In this document: piece after piece, positions 11,636-25,789 of the stretch | Position numbering within the stretch: position 1 is the stretch's first letter | Layout of the letters: each line of letters opens with the position of its first letter | Assembly: GCF_006345805.1 (NCBI RefSeq) | Contig: NC_043022.1 | Location: 18,848,001 to 18,912,000, forward strand | DNA: 64,000 nt | Direction of reading: 5' to 3' | Origin: Octopus sinensis | Lineage: Eukaryota | Notes under the pieces: model-generated | Seen by the model: only the letters and a program-made list of their open reading frames with translations | What the model was told of the DNA's origin: nothing | Databases searched by the model: none | Translations under genes and position numbers: made by a program

Positions 11636-14154
11636 GACGGCAAGGTGGCAGAATCATAACCACGCTGGACTAAATGCTTAGTTGCATTTCATCAGGCTTT
11701 ACGTTCTGAGTTCAAATTCCGCCAGGGTCGACTTTGCCTTTCATCCTTTCAGGGCCAATAAAACAAGTACCAGTTGTGCACTGGGGTTGATGTAATCGAC
11801 CGATCCACTCCTACAAAATTTCCAGCCTAGAGTCATGTCTATAATACAAAGAAAGAATTTTATCATTATTATTATTATTATTAAGGCGGCGAGCTGGCAG
11901 AATCGTTAGCACACCGGACAAAATACTTGGAAGCATCTCACCCGTCTTTACGTTCTGGGTTCAAATTCCACCAAGGTCGACTTTGCCTTTCATCCTTTCA
12001 CGGGTCCATAAAATAAGTACCAGTTGAACACTGGGGTCGATGTATTCACCTTACCCCCTCTCCCAAAATGTCAGGCCTTGTGCCTTTAGTAGAAAGGATC
12101 ATTATTATTTTTATCAGTAATGATATTTTCTGAATTCAAAACCTGCTGGGGATGCGAGGGGGGTTCAGTAAAATAAAGTACCAGTTACATACTGGGGTTG
12201 GCATTGTGATCGGCTAATCTCCACCTCCCGCTGCTCTTCAACATTTGCTGGCCTTGTGCCTAAATGAGAAACCATTATAACCATCATCATCACCATCATC
12301 AGACTTTTACCAATTGCATCTATCTGCCACTCTGATGGTGATGCTGGTGGTGATGATGATACTGTTTATGAATCCTTGTGACAAATAAAAGACATAATTG
12401 TTATTAGTATTATGACATTATTATTACTATTACTGTTAATAATCATCTTCATCAACAGATTGCTAGAGTCGGTAGAGCATCAAAAATATACACCCAATGA
12501 GAGTATACATAAACCTAAGATTTTTTTTTTTTTTTTTTTTTTTTGGTTATATTTTCATTCCTTTGCTTGGAGCGTGAATGGAAGGGATACCATAATGTAC
12601 CAGTCCTTCATTTAACCCTTGATTGGTGTGTGGGGGCCAGTAGATCAAGATTTTTAACCCCTTCCTTGCACCTGTACCAAATCTGTGGCCTTGAGTCATC
12701 ATTGTCATTGTTCTTATTAATGTGGCACTGAGCTGGCAGGATTGTTAGTGAACCAGACAAAATTCTTAGAAGCCTTTCGTCCATTCTTTACATTTGACAG
12801 ATGTTTGTCCTCATCTTGTGTGTTGTTAACACGTTTCGGCTGATATACCCTCCAGCCTTCATCAAGATGTGAAATATCCGTCAAATGTAAATAATGTGCA
12901 TAATTCCTCATCTCTTCAATATACAACATTTCGTTTGTCTTTACATTCTGAGTTCAAATTCTGCCGAGGTCAGCTTGGCCTTTCATCCTTTCGGGGTTGA
13001 TGAAATATTTACCAGTTGAGTACTGGGGTCGATGTAATCGACTGTTCCCCTCCCCCAAAATTCCAAGCTATGTGCCTACAGGGAAAGTGCATAAGAAGAC
13101 AGTGACCTGGTAAGAATTGTTAACATGTTGGGCAAAATTGCTTGGTAGTGTTTCATCCAGAATTTACATTCTGAGTTCAAATTCCAGCAAGGTTGACTTA
13201 ACTTTTCATCCTTTGAGGATCAGTGAAATAAATACCAGTGGAACACTAGGGTTCATGCCACTGACTAACCCCCGCCCTACAGATTTCAGGCTTTGTGCCT
13301 AATATATAGAAAAGATAATTATCAAGGCAGAGTCGTTAAGCATGCCAGACAAAATGCTTTGTAGCATTTCTCTCAGCTCTTTGCCTTTCGTCCTTCCAGG
13401 ATTGATATAACGAGGTACCAGTCGACTACTGGGGTTGATGGTAATCAACAGACCCCTCCCTCAAAACTGCTGGTCTGATAGGAAAGTTTGAAACCATTAT
13501 GACTATCATTATATAAAGTGCCTAGTGGGTAGAATTGTTAGTGTGTCAGAGGAAATGCTTTGCACCATTTCTTTTAGTTTCTTGTGTTCTGGGTTCAAAT
13601 ACTGCTGAGGCCAGTTTTGTTTTTCATCCTTTCAGGGTTGATGAAATAAAAGCACCAGTTGAGCCCCAGGGTCAATGTACTCAGCTTGCCCCCTATCCTT
13701 CTAAAGCTACAGGGCTTCTGCCAAAATTTGAAACCATTATTGTTAGCAGTCCAGGCAAAATGCTTTGCGGCATTTCTGCTGTCTTTATGTTCTGAGTTCA
13801 AATTCCGCCAAGGTTGACTTTGGCTTTCATCCTTCTGGGGTCGATAAATTAAGTACCAATGAAACACTGGGGTTGATATAATCAGCTTTTCCCCTCTCAC
13901 CATAAATGGCTGTCCTTGCAGCAGAATTTGAATCATTATTATTGTCATCATTATAATTATTGTTAGTGTTGTTGTGGTGAACTGGCAGAATTAGCACATT
14001 AGGCAAAGTGTTTTGCAACATTCATCCATCTTTGTTCCGAGTTCAAATTCCGCCGGGGTTGATAAAATTAAGTACCAGTTACACACTGGGGTTGATTGAA
14101 TTGACTTGCACTCCCACCCCAAAAAATGGTTGCCCTTGTGGCAAAATTTGAAAC

Positions 14155-14197
<43 letters not shown>

Positions 14198-14500
14198 GTG
14201 CTGAGCTGGCAGGATTGTTTAGCACGATGGCCAAAATGCTCAGCGGCATTTTGGCTGTCTTTACATTCTGAGTTCAAATTCTGCCATGGTCGACTTTGCC
14301 TTTCATCCTCTCGGGGTCAATATAATTGACAAGTCTGTCTCTTCTCCCACTCACCTCAGATTTCAGGCCTTGTACCTACAGTGGAAAGGATTATTATCAG
14401 GGTTTAGTTTGTGTTTATGTATAAATATGACGGGGGTGGGGTGATCAATTTATCTTCACCCCCTGGACTTACTGGTCTTGTGCCAAAATTTGAAACCGGC
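11636..14500 (+). mobile_element. cluster of about ten co-oriented family B SINE copies
   Basis: repeated gagttcaaattc...gcctttcatcc...agtaccagt units separated by (ATT)n tails. Confidence 0.8.
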
Positions 14501-16183
14501 ATTTGGTTTCTTTTTTTTTTTTTTTTTGCCTTAGGGGAAAATTACAAATTGGGGTTTGTAAAATGGGAGCGGTTTTTATATTCGTATCTTGGAAAATAAG
14601 GGGTATGGGAACAAAAAAATCCAAACAAAAATTAGAAATAATCCCAAATAAATGGGGTGGGGTGAAGGGTACACGGGTCAAAGATAACTCTGACCCCTTA
14701 CCTATAATAGGAAGGTGCCTAGAAACATGGGCAGGAAATTGCCAGAGGGTGTGGTCAGGGGTGGATTAGATAGTTCACTGTTGATTGATTTTTGTTACTT
14801 ATTTACCAGTAATGTAATGGGGCCCATTTCTTTATTGGAATCTTTATCAGGTTTTTATTTCTTATTTAAAGAAATCATCATTGATGTCATCAAAATATAT
14901 ATTTTTAAAAAATTTTTTACCTTTATAATTGTGCCTGGTATGGGAGCGTGTAAGTAATGGGTATGTTACCTAGCTTAGTACCCTGCAACCATTTTCACTT
15001 GTGGTACTCTTATATTCTTTTCAAACTTTAATGGCACACCTGAACTAAAATTGTAACTAGAAGTCATCATCATCATCATCTCGTTTAACATCCGCTTTCC
15101 ATGCTAGCATGGGTTGGTCGATTTGACTGAGGACTGGCGAACCAGATGACTACACCAGGCTCCAATCTTGATCTGGCAGAGTTTCTACAGCTGGATGCCC
15201 TTCCTAACGCCAACCATAGTGAAAAAATTAGATTCAGGTTACACTGTGGTACACTTGGCATTGTCTGGTAGCATTCGTGTGCCAACTAGTTTCCAAGCAG
15301 ACTGGGACGTTCCGAGTTATGTGCCTTGTTTTTCAGGGACAATTGGTAAGGATTGGGTTTGTATTTCATTGCTGCTCCACCACTGGATTGTGCAGTATGA
15401 ATAGACCCCATCTTGTCAGCCAGGTGAACTGGGTTCAATCCATGTGCCTTGCTCTGGACCCACTGACACTGGATGATGTGAGGTTTGATCTCGTTATGTT
15501 GTAACTTTTTACCTCAATACTAATAATAATAATGACTCGGAAGTTTGGTACAAAATCAGCAAATTTTGATGGGAAGGGTGTTCAATTATTTCCCTAATAT
15601 TTAACTGGTACTTTATTTTATCCTCCTCAACGGGATCTATACCAAAGTTCGCCTTGGCAAGATTTGATCTTGGAATGTACAGAACAAATACCATCAGACA
15701 TTATTCATCATCATCATCATTTAACGTCCGTTCTCCATGCTAGCACGGGTTGGACGGTTCGACCGGGGATCTGGGAAGCCAGAAGGCTGCACCAGGCTCC
15801 AGTCTTATCTGGCAATGTTTCTACAGCTGGATGCCCTTCCTAACGCCAACCACTCCGTGAGTGTAGTGGGTGCTTTTTACGTGCTAGGCGCAAGACCTGA
15901 AATTTTGGCAGAGACTGGTCTGTGCCTTCAAACTCAGTACATTTATCTTCATTATCACAGGTTCTGGTTTCAGAACCACACTGATTAATGAGTCGTCCCC
16001 GTGCTCTTTGTAAATGGAACAAATGCTAGATTCGCAGACATCAGACTTAGAGCAGCAAAGTTCCACTGTGAATTTTTTTTTGGATCATCTAACCTTTTTT
16101 CCTGTAGAGAATTCACTCGTCTTCATCGTTCATTAGGATCAGACGCCTATCGTTGTGAAATAAATGCTAGATTCACAGACATA

Positions 16184-16545
16184 GGCGCAGGAGTGGCTGT
16201 GTGGTAAGTAGCTTGTTTACCAACCACATGGTTCCGGGTTCAGTCCCACTGCGTGGCACCTTGGGCAAGTGTCTTCTACTATAGCCCCGGGCCGACCAAA
16301 GCCTTGTGAGTGGATTTGGTAGGCGGAGACTGTCGTATATATGTGTGTGTCTGTGTTTGTCCCCCTAGCATTGCTTGACAACTGATGCTGGTGTGTTTAT
16401 GTCTCCGTTACTTAGCGGTTCGGCAAAAGAGACCGATAAAATAAGTACTAGGCTTACAAAAGAATAAGTCCCGGGGTCGATTTGCTCGTTTAAAGGCGGT
16501 GCTCCAGCATGGCCGCAGTCAAATGACTGAAACAAGTAAAAGAGA
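16184..16545 (+). mobile_element. full-length family A SINE
   Basis: ggcgcaggagtggctgtgtggtaag head to aatgactgaaacaagtaaaagag tail; other copies at ~1770-2120(-), 6470-6890(-), 25233-25634(-), 31476-31830(+). Confidence 0.85.
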
Positions 16546-17419
16546 GAGAGAGAGAGAGTATCAGAATTATAGCACCAAAGTTCTCTTGTAGAGCATTCAC
16601 TCACCTACATCGTTAGGATCAGATGCCTATCGTTATCAAACAAATGGTCGATTCATTGATACCAATCCTGTGGCTCACAGAAGCGATGCTTCCGTCATCA
16701 CGTTTCTTGAATCATTTTTACTTTTTCCTGAAGACAGTACATTTGTTATCAAACGCCTTCGTATTTTTTTCTCTTCACTGGTTCTGTGTTGACGAGCACA
16801 GGTGTGTAAATCCATATTCAAAATAACCCCAAAAAGCACAGCCTTGCAGCACCGTCATGTAAACCCAAGTGACGGTCAGGGCATTTTGGGTGGTCACTGG
16901 GGCATGCTTTTGTGATACAAGCTGAATCTTTGGCCGATTGCTGACCTGTGTCATCACAGATTGACCATTGATGAATGAGGGTGCATGTACTTGACTCGTA
17001 CTTTATTTTATCGACCCTGAGAGGATGAGAGGTAAAGTCAGCTTTGCTTGGATTTGAACTCGGAATAAAAAGATTCATAGAAAAAATGCTAAGTACTTTG
17101 ATTCTACCAGTTCACCACCTTGATGATGATGATGATAGTACACATGCATAATACTCTTAGAAAGGAAAACTAATTGTGGCCATGAGGGGGCACTTAACCA
17201 TGTTTCTGTTGATATTTAGTCCTAGGTAAGGCTTTACACAACAGATCCAAGTGATCTGGGGTGTTTCAGGCTCAGTGTACCTAGGGCTACATTAGTCAGT
17301 GTTCAAGTGGGAAGGGTGTAATTTTGCGGGGGAAAGATTTGGCTGTTGTCTTTAGCAGGTTTGAACAACCACTCTGAGGCTCTGTTGTTAGCTTATGGTA
17401 GTGATGATGATGATGATGT

Positions 17420-18667
17420 TATTAGGTCAAGTATGAAATTTGTAGAAAAGAAAAAAGTTAGCCAATGTTTTATAAATACAAAGAATAGTTTTCTTCATCA
17501 AAGTATGCAGCACCCATATTGTCAATACACTTGGCATTTCAGTGGTAGCTTGTCCAGCCCGGAACTGTAAAAGCCTGGCATCTAGAGTCAATAAACTCTT
17601 GGAAGCCTGTTTTACAGCATTGTTGGGATTAAATTTTTTTTCTATCAAAAAGTTATCCGAATTCTGGAAGAAGTGGTAGTCAGTGGTGGGCAAGATCAGC
17701 TGAGTATGGTGGATGATGGAGAACTTCCGATTCCAACTCCTGTAGTTTCACCAATGTCATTTTTGCAATGTGTGATCTGGTGTTGTCTTGCTATAAAATA
17801 GTGGGTCTGTTGACTAATCTAGGCTGGTTTTTGTAAGTTTCTGCATCATTTGGTCCAGTTGGCAACAGTATAGTTGAGCCAGGTTTAATGAAATCATAAT
17901 GGATCACACCTGTGCCAGACCACCAAACACACACCATCAGCTTCTTTTGATGAATTTTGCTTTTTGGACTGTTTTGGTGGCTTGTTTTTGTCCAACCATT
18001 GTGCTGAACGTTTACGGTTGTTGTATTGGATCCATTTCTCATCACGTGTTACAATTCGATTCAAAAATGATTCATTTTTGTGACGAGAAAGTTGCATATC
18101 GCAGGCTTCCAAATGTTGCTGTTTCTGATTTTCATTGCATTCATGTGGAACCCACTTATCCAACTTTTTCAATTTACCGATTTGAACTAGGTGAGTCAAT
18201 ATTGTTTGCTTGCTAACACCAAACAACAGCGATAATTCACAGGCACTTTGAGATGGATCTGACTCGACGGTGGCTTTTAGTTCATCATTATCCACTTTTG
18301 TTTCTGATCAACCGCGGTTCTCATTTGTGAGGTCAAAGTTACCAGAACGAAATTTTGCAAACCAATTGATATTGTCTGCTGCATAATAATAACATTAGAA
18401 TGAAATACTCCATTAATATTCTGAGCTGTCTGTGATCCTGTTTTCCAAGGAAGAGCTCATATTTCAAAACTGTACTGCTTTCCAACTTATCCATCTCTAA
18501 ACAAAAATAGCAGAAAACGATTTATAAATATTTTACAAAGCACAAAATGAGTTAGTGTCAGCTTTCTAACAAAAAAAGATTGTTAAAATATAATAATGGC
18601 ACAAAATGAGCAGCTGTCAAAGTTTACCATATACCTTACTACAAATTTCATACATGATCACTTAATA
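17420..18667 (-). mobile_element. degenerate full-length mariner transposon
   Basis: TIRs tattaggtcaagtatgaaatttgtag / ctacaaatttcatacatgatcacttaata; transposase motifs WVPHE, IVTRDEKW, HPPYSADL..TDYHFF across frameshifts; ~1.25 kb. Confidence 0.92.
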
Positions 18668-20322
18668 TTTAACACCAACAGACCTATGATCAGAGATGTT
18701 TGCTGGTTATGACCAACCTGTTACCTTTTTTAAGGTTTTATGGAGGGCATTGTCTATTTTTCCTTTCTCTTTAAATCAGGATATTGCTTGAGGGGAGATT
18801 TGGCTGCTTTTTCTAACAGATTATTGGGCTTGAAATTACAGTTACAGTAGGGCTGCCAACACTTAGCATTAATTGATGTATCTGATTATTGTGTTGTATG
18901 GATCCAAGGTGGTGCCCCAGCATGGCCTCACTTCAGTGATTGAAATGGGTAAAAGATAAAAAAACATTTTATTGAGCATGTGAACAGTTTTAAGAGGATA
19001 GGGTTTACTTTTGAGAAAGATTTGACTGATGTGTCTAGCAGGCTGAATGACCATGTAAGGGTTGCCTCTGTTGGAATTGTGGTGGTGGATGTTTGGTTGG
19101 GTGTGGCATTTTTAATCCTCGCAACGAAAGATGCTTTCTTTCTGGAGATTGCAATACAATCATAATCTGAGATTTAACGGGTAATAAATGAATGAGGGCT
19201 CCACCTACATAGGTTTGGGTGAGAGTTTAACAGTTGGACACACTCAAGTGTCAGGGTAGGTGTATGTATGCAGGTATATATGGATCCAATGACAAATCAA
19301 CTGTGGATGACATCAGGTAGCCTAAACGGTGAAAGTGCTTTGATCAGCATACTACTAAACCTACCCAAAGTCCAAATAATTATATATATGTGTCACGTGA
19401 CCAACCAGACCATCAGATGTTACACATCGCTGGTCACAATGCATTCGCATTGTTTTAGCCTTCGAATAACGCTACCCCATTGGCTAAGCGAGCAGGCCAA
19501 CAGAAGAAAGAGTACAGCAGGGATCACCACCCCCTGCTGGAGCATCATGGAGCTTTTTAGGTGTTTTCGCTCAATAAACACTCACAACGCCCGGCCTTGG
19601 AATCGAAACCGCGAGTCTGCTGCCCTAACCACTGGGCCATTGCGCCTCCACATATATATATATGTGTGTGTGTGTGTGTGTATATATATAAATAAACATA
19701 CACAGGGTATGTCAATTTTTTTGTGGTTATTTGTATGAATTTAGGAAAAGAGAGATAGCTCTTGGAAGAAAAGCTGTCTTTGAAAACAAATTGGTAGAAA
19801 TAATCTTGAGAATCCCTTTATCTCACCTATTCACTGAGTTCTCTTTTAGTATCAATGGTTGCTTCAGTAAGGGGTTGGAAGCATTGACATGTCCGAATCA
19901 GATGATCCTTATCAATTTAGGACATAACACTGGTTATTGCAGACTCGGGAGATTATATAGGGGTGCTGACTGACCCCTCGAATATACCCCATATGTAATA
20001 ATAGTACAGTGGAGTGAGGGCTGGGGAGCTAGAAGGCAATGTGCCTCGGAGGACATGATCATAGAGATGGCACGCATCCACGGTTGGGTTATCCTAGCCT
20101 TGTGACACAGTGCAGAGTTTTTGTTGGAAGACGTATAGTCTTCTGTTGTGTAACCCCTCGATCCAGGGCCTTGCAACATGACACACCTCTTGTTGCTCAT
20201 GGCTCCCGAAACCATCACAGTTGCTGGGAACTTAGCTGAAAAGTAAGGTTAAAAAATTAATTTAGGATTAGAACTCTTGGAAGAGGTGTCCTCAAAAAAA
20301 CTGATGCACTCTGTGTGTATGG

Positions 20323-20880
20323 AATTTACTTGTGGCTGACTATATATATATATATAAAATAAATGCACCCTTCTAAAGCCTAGCCAGGCTCATGGGCCCA
20401 GTTTCTGTGGTGTATGTGTTTCGCAGCATTACTCATTTTTGCCAGCTGAGTGGACTGGAGCAACGTGAAATGAAGTGTTTTGCTCAAGAACACAACACAT
20501 CTCCCGGTCAGGGAATCGAAACCACAATCTTACGATCATGATGCTGACACCCTAACCACTCGCCTCCACACACACACATGTGTATGGAATTTACTTGTGG
20601 CTGACTATATATATATATATAAAATAAATGCACCCTTCTAAAGCCTAGCCAGGCTCATGGGCCCAGTTTCTGTGGTGTATGTGTTTCGCAGCATTACTCA
20701 TTTTTGCCAGCTGAGTGGACTGGAGCAACGTGAAATGAAGTGTTTTGCTCAAGAACACAACGCGTCGCCCGGTCAGGGAATCGAAACCACAATCTTACGA
20801 TCATGATGCTGACACCCTAACCACTCGCCTCCACACACACACATATATATATACACACACATGTGTATGGAATTTACTTG
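20323..20880. repeat. ~260-bp tandem duplication containing a minus-strand tRNA-SINE
   Basis: gtatggaatttacttgtggctgac...ccactcgcctccacac occurs twice head-to-tail, followed by a third start. Confidence 0.8.
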
Positions 20881-22462
20881 GGGCTGACTAAGGCACCTTA
20901 CAATCAAAAGTTCTGGAGCTTCTTGTGTGTGGATTTGTTTTGAGTGGGTTCAGTGTTGCACAGTATATACACGACAGGCTTCTTTCAGTTTCCATCTACC
21001 AAATCCACTCAGAAGGCTTTGGTTGGCCCGAGGCTATAGTAGAAGACACTTGCCCAAGATGCTATGCAGTGGGACTGAACCCGGAACCATGTGGTTTGTA
21101 AGCAAGCTACTTACCACAGCCTCTCTTATATGGTTTATTGCTTTTAAACCGTGGTATAAAACTGGTACTTATTCTATCCTCTCTCTCTTACCCATTTCCA
21201 TGGGAAGAAACGCACTGCTGACTTCAGGGTTTGAACTCTTGACCTGAGCATTGAGCATCTGTTTCTACAGTCTGTTGTTTCAGCCATGTCATCTGTCATT
21301 ATATATATACATGTTTGTATGTGTGTAGATATGTATATATCATCATTGTTTTAACATCCACTTTTCTATGTTTGCATGGGTTAGATGTAGGTCTATTGAG
21401 ACAGGTTTCTCTGTAGCTGGATACCTTTCCTGTTGCCAAGGAAACTGATATTGCCCCATGACCAGGCATGTTTCTACTAAATATTGGAAATGAACGACAC
21501 TGTTTGTATGACAATGACACTCATTTACATGGACACACGTACACCAAATCCACACACAAGGCTTTGGTCAGCTTGGACCTATTGTAGAAGACACTTGCCC
21601 AAGGTAGCGCACAGTAGGATTGAACCTGGAACCACATGGTTGGAAACCAAACTTCTCACACAGCCATGCCTGTGCCTATAGATAAACACACACACACACA
21701 CGCATGTATTTATATATAAAAGCATGTGTATGTATATATATAAATCTGAGACCCCCTTTGGTCACAAGACTGACCATGGGATTGCATCCAGAAAGCCACC
21801 CTCCCAGGCACAAGTCCGGGCAAGGTTGTTTTTATGAAAGACCAGTCGCCCATGCATACCGGCCTTCCCTCTCCACACCACTGATGTTATCCAAGGGAAA
21901 GGCAAAGGCCAATACGGCTTGGCACCTGTGACATCGCAACTCGTTTCTACACCTGAGTGAACTGGAGCAACGTGAAAATGAAGTGTCTTGCTCCAGAACA
22001 CAACACGCAGCCTGGTCCGGGATTCGAGCTCACAGTCGTCAGCTCGACATTCTAACCATTGAACCATGCGCCTTTTATATATATATATATAAAAGCATAT
22101 ATATGTTTGTTTGCATTTGCAAGCTATCACTAATGTTGTTTTCTCATGTGTCTACAAATTATCCATTTATTTTTTATCTAACACATGTAAAAGAAGAGAT
22201 CTCTGGTCTGAAAAACATGTAAGGATGTGTATGTATATATATAAATCTGAGACCCCCTTTGGTCACAAGACTGACCATGGGATTGCATCCAGAAAGCCAC
22301 CCTCCCAGGCACAAGTCCGGGCAAGGTTGTTTTTATGGAAAGGCATCCACCTATAAAAACAGCATTTTAATATATTCACCTAACCCTTGCAGCTTGGTAT
22401 AAAAAAATAAACTGGTGTAAAGACCATGCTTATATATGTATTTATATGTACATTGATATATA

Positions 22463-23021
22463 TATTGGGTTGACGGATAAATTTGTTTTGTTTTTTCCAT
22501 TTATTTTAATTCTATCAAGTGAAGGTGATGGTACCATAAGTCATCCCATCTGCTGGGCTAATTTCCTATTGGAATGGCCTGGATCCTTGCAGATGAGCTT
22601 CAAGCAGACCTCATTGGACTGAACAGGTTGGCTGGAACACAGAGAGTTTGTGAAATTAACTTTCCCCTTCAAGAGTGAAATGAAAACCATTTCTGTGCAG
22701 TTCTCCCCCCCACCCATAACTATTTTCTCCATACACAACACAAATGTCTCGGATGGCTTTTGGTAGTTTTGGAACCTTGATTAAGAGCAAGAAGCAGGGG
22801 TCAAAAATGCTAACATTTTTTTTCTTGTTTTTTTTCCTAAATACTTCATCGTCATATGTCTGGAAAGAGGGAAAATTTATTCAAATTTCAAAAACAAACA
22901 AAAGTTGTTGGAAGAGTACAGCTACACAAAGAACCTCACGAAACACCACAATAAAAATATTTTCTGTGTTAATTCAAATATCATTGGAAAGAAACAAAGA
23001 AATTTATCTGGAAACCCAATA
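22463..23021. mobile_element. internally deleted mariner-like element
   Basis: TIR-like ends tattgggttgacggataaattt / aaatttatctggaaacccaata, flanked by TA. Confidence 0.65.
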
Positions 23022-23283
23022 TATATATATATATATATATATATGGTTTCTCTTTCTATATATATATATATATATATATAAAGAGTTTTTATGATTGTGA
23101 GGAAAAGAATATATTAATTACAGAAATTCGAACTTAGTCTAATTTTCACATTATATTTGCAATTTTTGCAATATTGAAATAAACTAGTACTTTCATGTGT
23201 TACACAATCTTCAGGTTTATGTAGTGACAATCATGTTCCACAATTGACAATAGTTATCAATTGTGGAATACAAATGTCACTAC

Positions 23284-23325
23284 ATAAACCTGAAGATTGT
23301 GTAACACATGAAAGTACTAGTTTAT
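23284..23325 (+). ncRNA. minimal type I hammerhead ribozyme motif (mirror copy on - at 23179-23220)
   Basis: AUAAAC-CUGAAGA-U-UGUG-UAA-CACA-U-GAAA-GUAC-UA-GUUUAU: 6-bp stem I, conserved core, palindromic stem III. Confidence 0.75.
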
Positions 23326-25789
23326 TTCAATATTGCAAATAATAAAAAGTTGGAATTTCATTGATTAATATATATATATATAATGTGAAAGCAGATGACC
23401 AAGTAGTCAGAGTCTTGGATGCATGATCACTAGATCATGGGGTTGATTCCCAGACTGGACAGTGGGTTGTGTTCTTGAGCAATACCCTTCATTTTACATT
23501 GCTCCAGTGGACTCTGCTGTGAACGGGTAATACTGCAAGGGGATGACCGTTCTGGTCAGGGGAAATGTTGGCCTGATCACCTAGCCAACAGAGTGTCATC
23601 ACCCAAAAGCTAAACCGATGCAAAGCGCATTGTGACCAGCGATATATAACAACATCCAATAGTCTGGTCAATAAAAGGATTATATATATAATCTATATAC
23701 ACACACACACACACATATATATAGAGACATGCACACATTGCTACCCAGAATGACTGCAATTTTTTTTTATGCCATCACCTAGCACAGCAACCTTGAACCT
23801 AGTAATGAAACACAAAACCACAAGTATTTTCGTTTCTCTAATATTTTATACAAAAACAGTGTTTATTCTTCTCTTAATTTTTATCACAACATTCTGGTAT
23901 TATATATACACCCACTGTAGAGTTCAGAGTGAATAAATTAAAATTTTGTTTTCTAGAAATTCTCGTCTCTGTTTTTTGTATTATTATTATTATTATTATT
24001 ATTAACCCATGGCCTTTACCAGGGATGTAGCCGGCCCTCTTATGCATACCTTTCCTTCTTTGGACACAAAACTCTGCTTGCGAAAACCTGTTAAGGCAAG
24101 TGAAATCAAAATTGAATTCGAAATCGAACCAAATTCGACGACTGGCACCCGTGCCAGTGGAGCGCTAACAGCTCCATCTGAGCGGGATCACTGCCAGAGT
24201 AGCTGTCTGGCTTCTGTGCCGGTGGCATGTAAAAGGCACCATTTGAGCGTGATCGTTACCAGCGTCGCCTTACTGGCACGTGAACAAAACATTTGAGTGA
24301 GGTCATTGCCAGTGGCACTGAACTGACTCCTGTGCAGGTGGCACATAAAAAACACCATTTCGAGCGTGGCCGTTGCCAGTATCGCCAGATGGGCATGTAA
24401 AAGCACCCACTACACTCTCGGAGTGGTTGATATTAAGAAGGGCATCCAGGTGTAGAAACTCTGCCAGATCAAATTGGAGCCTGGTACAGTCATCTGGTCT
24501 GCCAGTCCTCAGTCAAATCATCCAACCCATGCCAGCATGGAAAGCGGACGTTAAATGATGAATGATGGTGATTATTAAGCGGCGGAGCTGGCAGAATACT
24601 TAGCAGCATTTCGTCTGTCCTTACATTCTGAGTTCAAATTCCACCAAGGTTGACTTTGGCTTTCATCCTTTCAGGATCGATAATAAAATAAGTACCAGTT
24701 ATGCACTGGCGTCAGTGTAATTGACTTAGCCTGTAGCATGAACTTGCTTGTCTTGTACCAAAATTTGAAACCATTATTATTAAGGCAGGATTTTGTCCGC
24801 CTTGATGTTCTGAGTTCAAATTTTGCTGAGGCCAATTTTGCCTTTCATCCTTTCGGGGTCGATAAAATAAGTACCAGTTATGCACTGGCGTCAGTGTAAT
24901 TGACTTAGCCTGTAGCATGAACTTGCTTGTCTTGTACCAAAATTTGAAACCATTATTATTAAGGCAGGATTTTGTCCGTCTTGATGTTCTGAGTTCAAAT
25001 TTTGCTGAGGCCAATTTTGCCTTTCATCCTTTCGGGGTCGATAAAATAAATACCAGTTGAGTACTGGGGTTGATATAATTGACTAGTCCCCTCCTTCAAA
25101 ATTTCAGGCGTTGTGCCTAGAGTAGAAAGGATTATTGTTATTATTAAGTGAGCTGGCAAGTCATTAGTACGCTGAGCGAAATGCTTAGTGGTTGCCAAGA
25201 GATGATGGAGAGAGAAACATATATTTTGGGTTACTCTTTACTCTCTTTTACTTGTTTCAGTAATTTGACTGCGGCCATGCTGGAGCACCACCTTTAGTCG
25301 AGCAACTCGACCCCGGAACTTATTCTTTTGTAAGCCCAGTACTTATTCTATCGGTCTCCTTCGCCGAACCGCCAAGTAACGGGGACATAAACACACCAGC
25401 ATCGGTTGTCAAGCAATGCTAGGGGGACAAACACAGACACACACACACGCACACACACACATATATACATATATACGACGGGCTTCTTTCAGTTTCCGTT
25501 TACCAAATCCACTCACAAGGCTTTGGTCAGCCCGAGGCTATAGTAGAAGATATTTGCCCAAGGTGCCACGCAGTGGGACTGAACCCGGAACCATGTGGTT
25601 GGTAGACAAGCTACTTACCACACAGCCACTCCTGTTGTCCGGAAAGTTTGTGCCAATTTTAAAGGAAAGAAAAAGGTCAATAAATACTTGCCATTACATT
25701 TTTAATCAACCAAATATGAACCATTTTGTTGCACACTGCATCTCCATCTTTCCTTTAACTTGAAAATACCCTCTTCCCAGAATTGAGGG

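Noticed and set aside
14500-14800. Homopolymer-rich unique-looking stretches after long T, A or TA runs (also ~27420-27640, ~36960-37180, ~61560-61790)
   Set aside because: The pattern resembles low-quality base calls downstream of simple repeats; not interpretable without raw reads.
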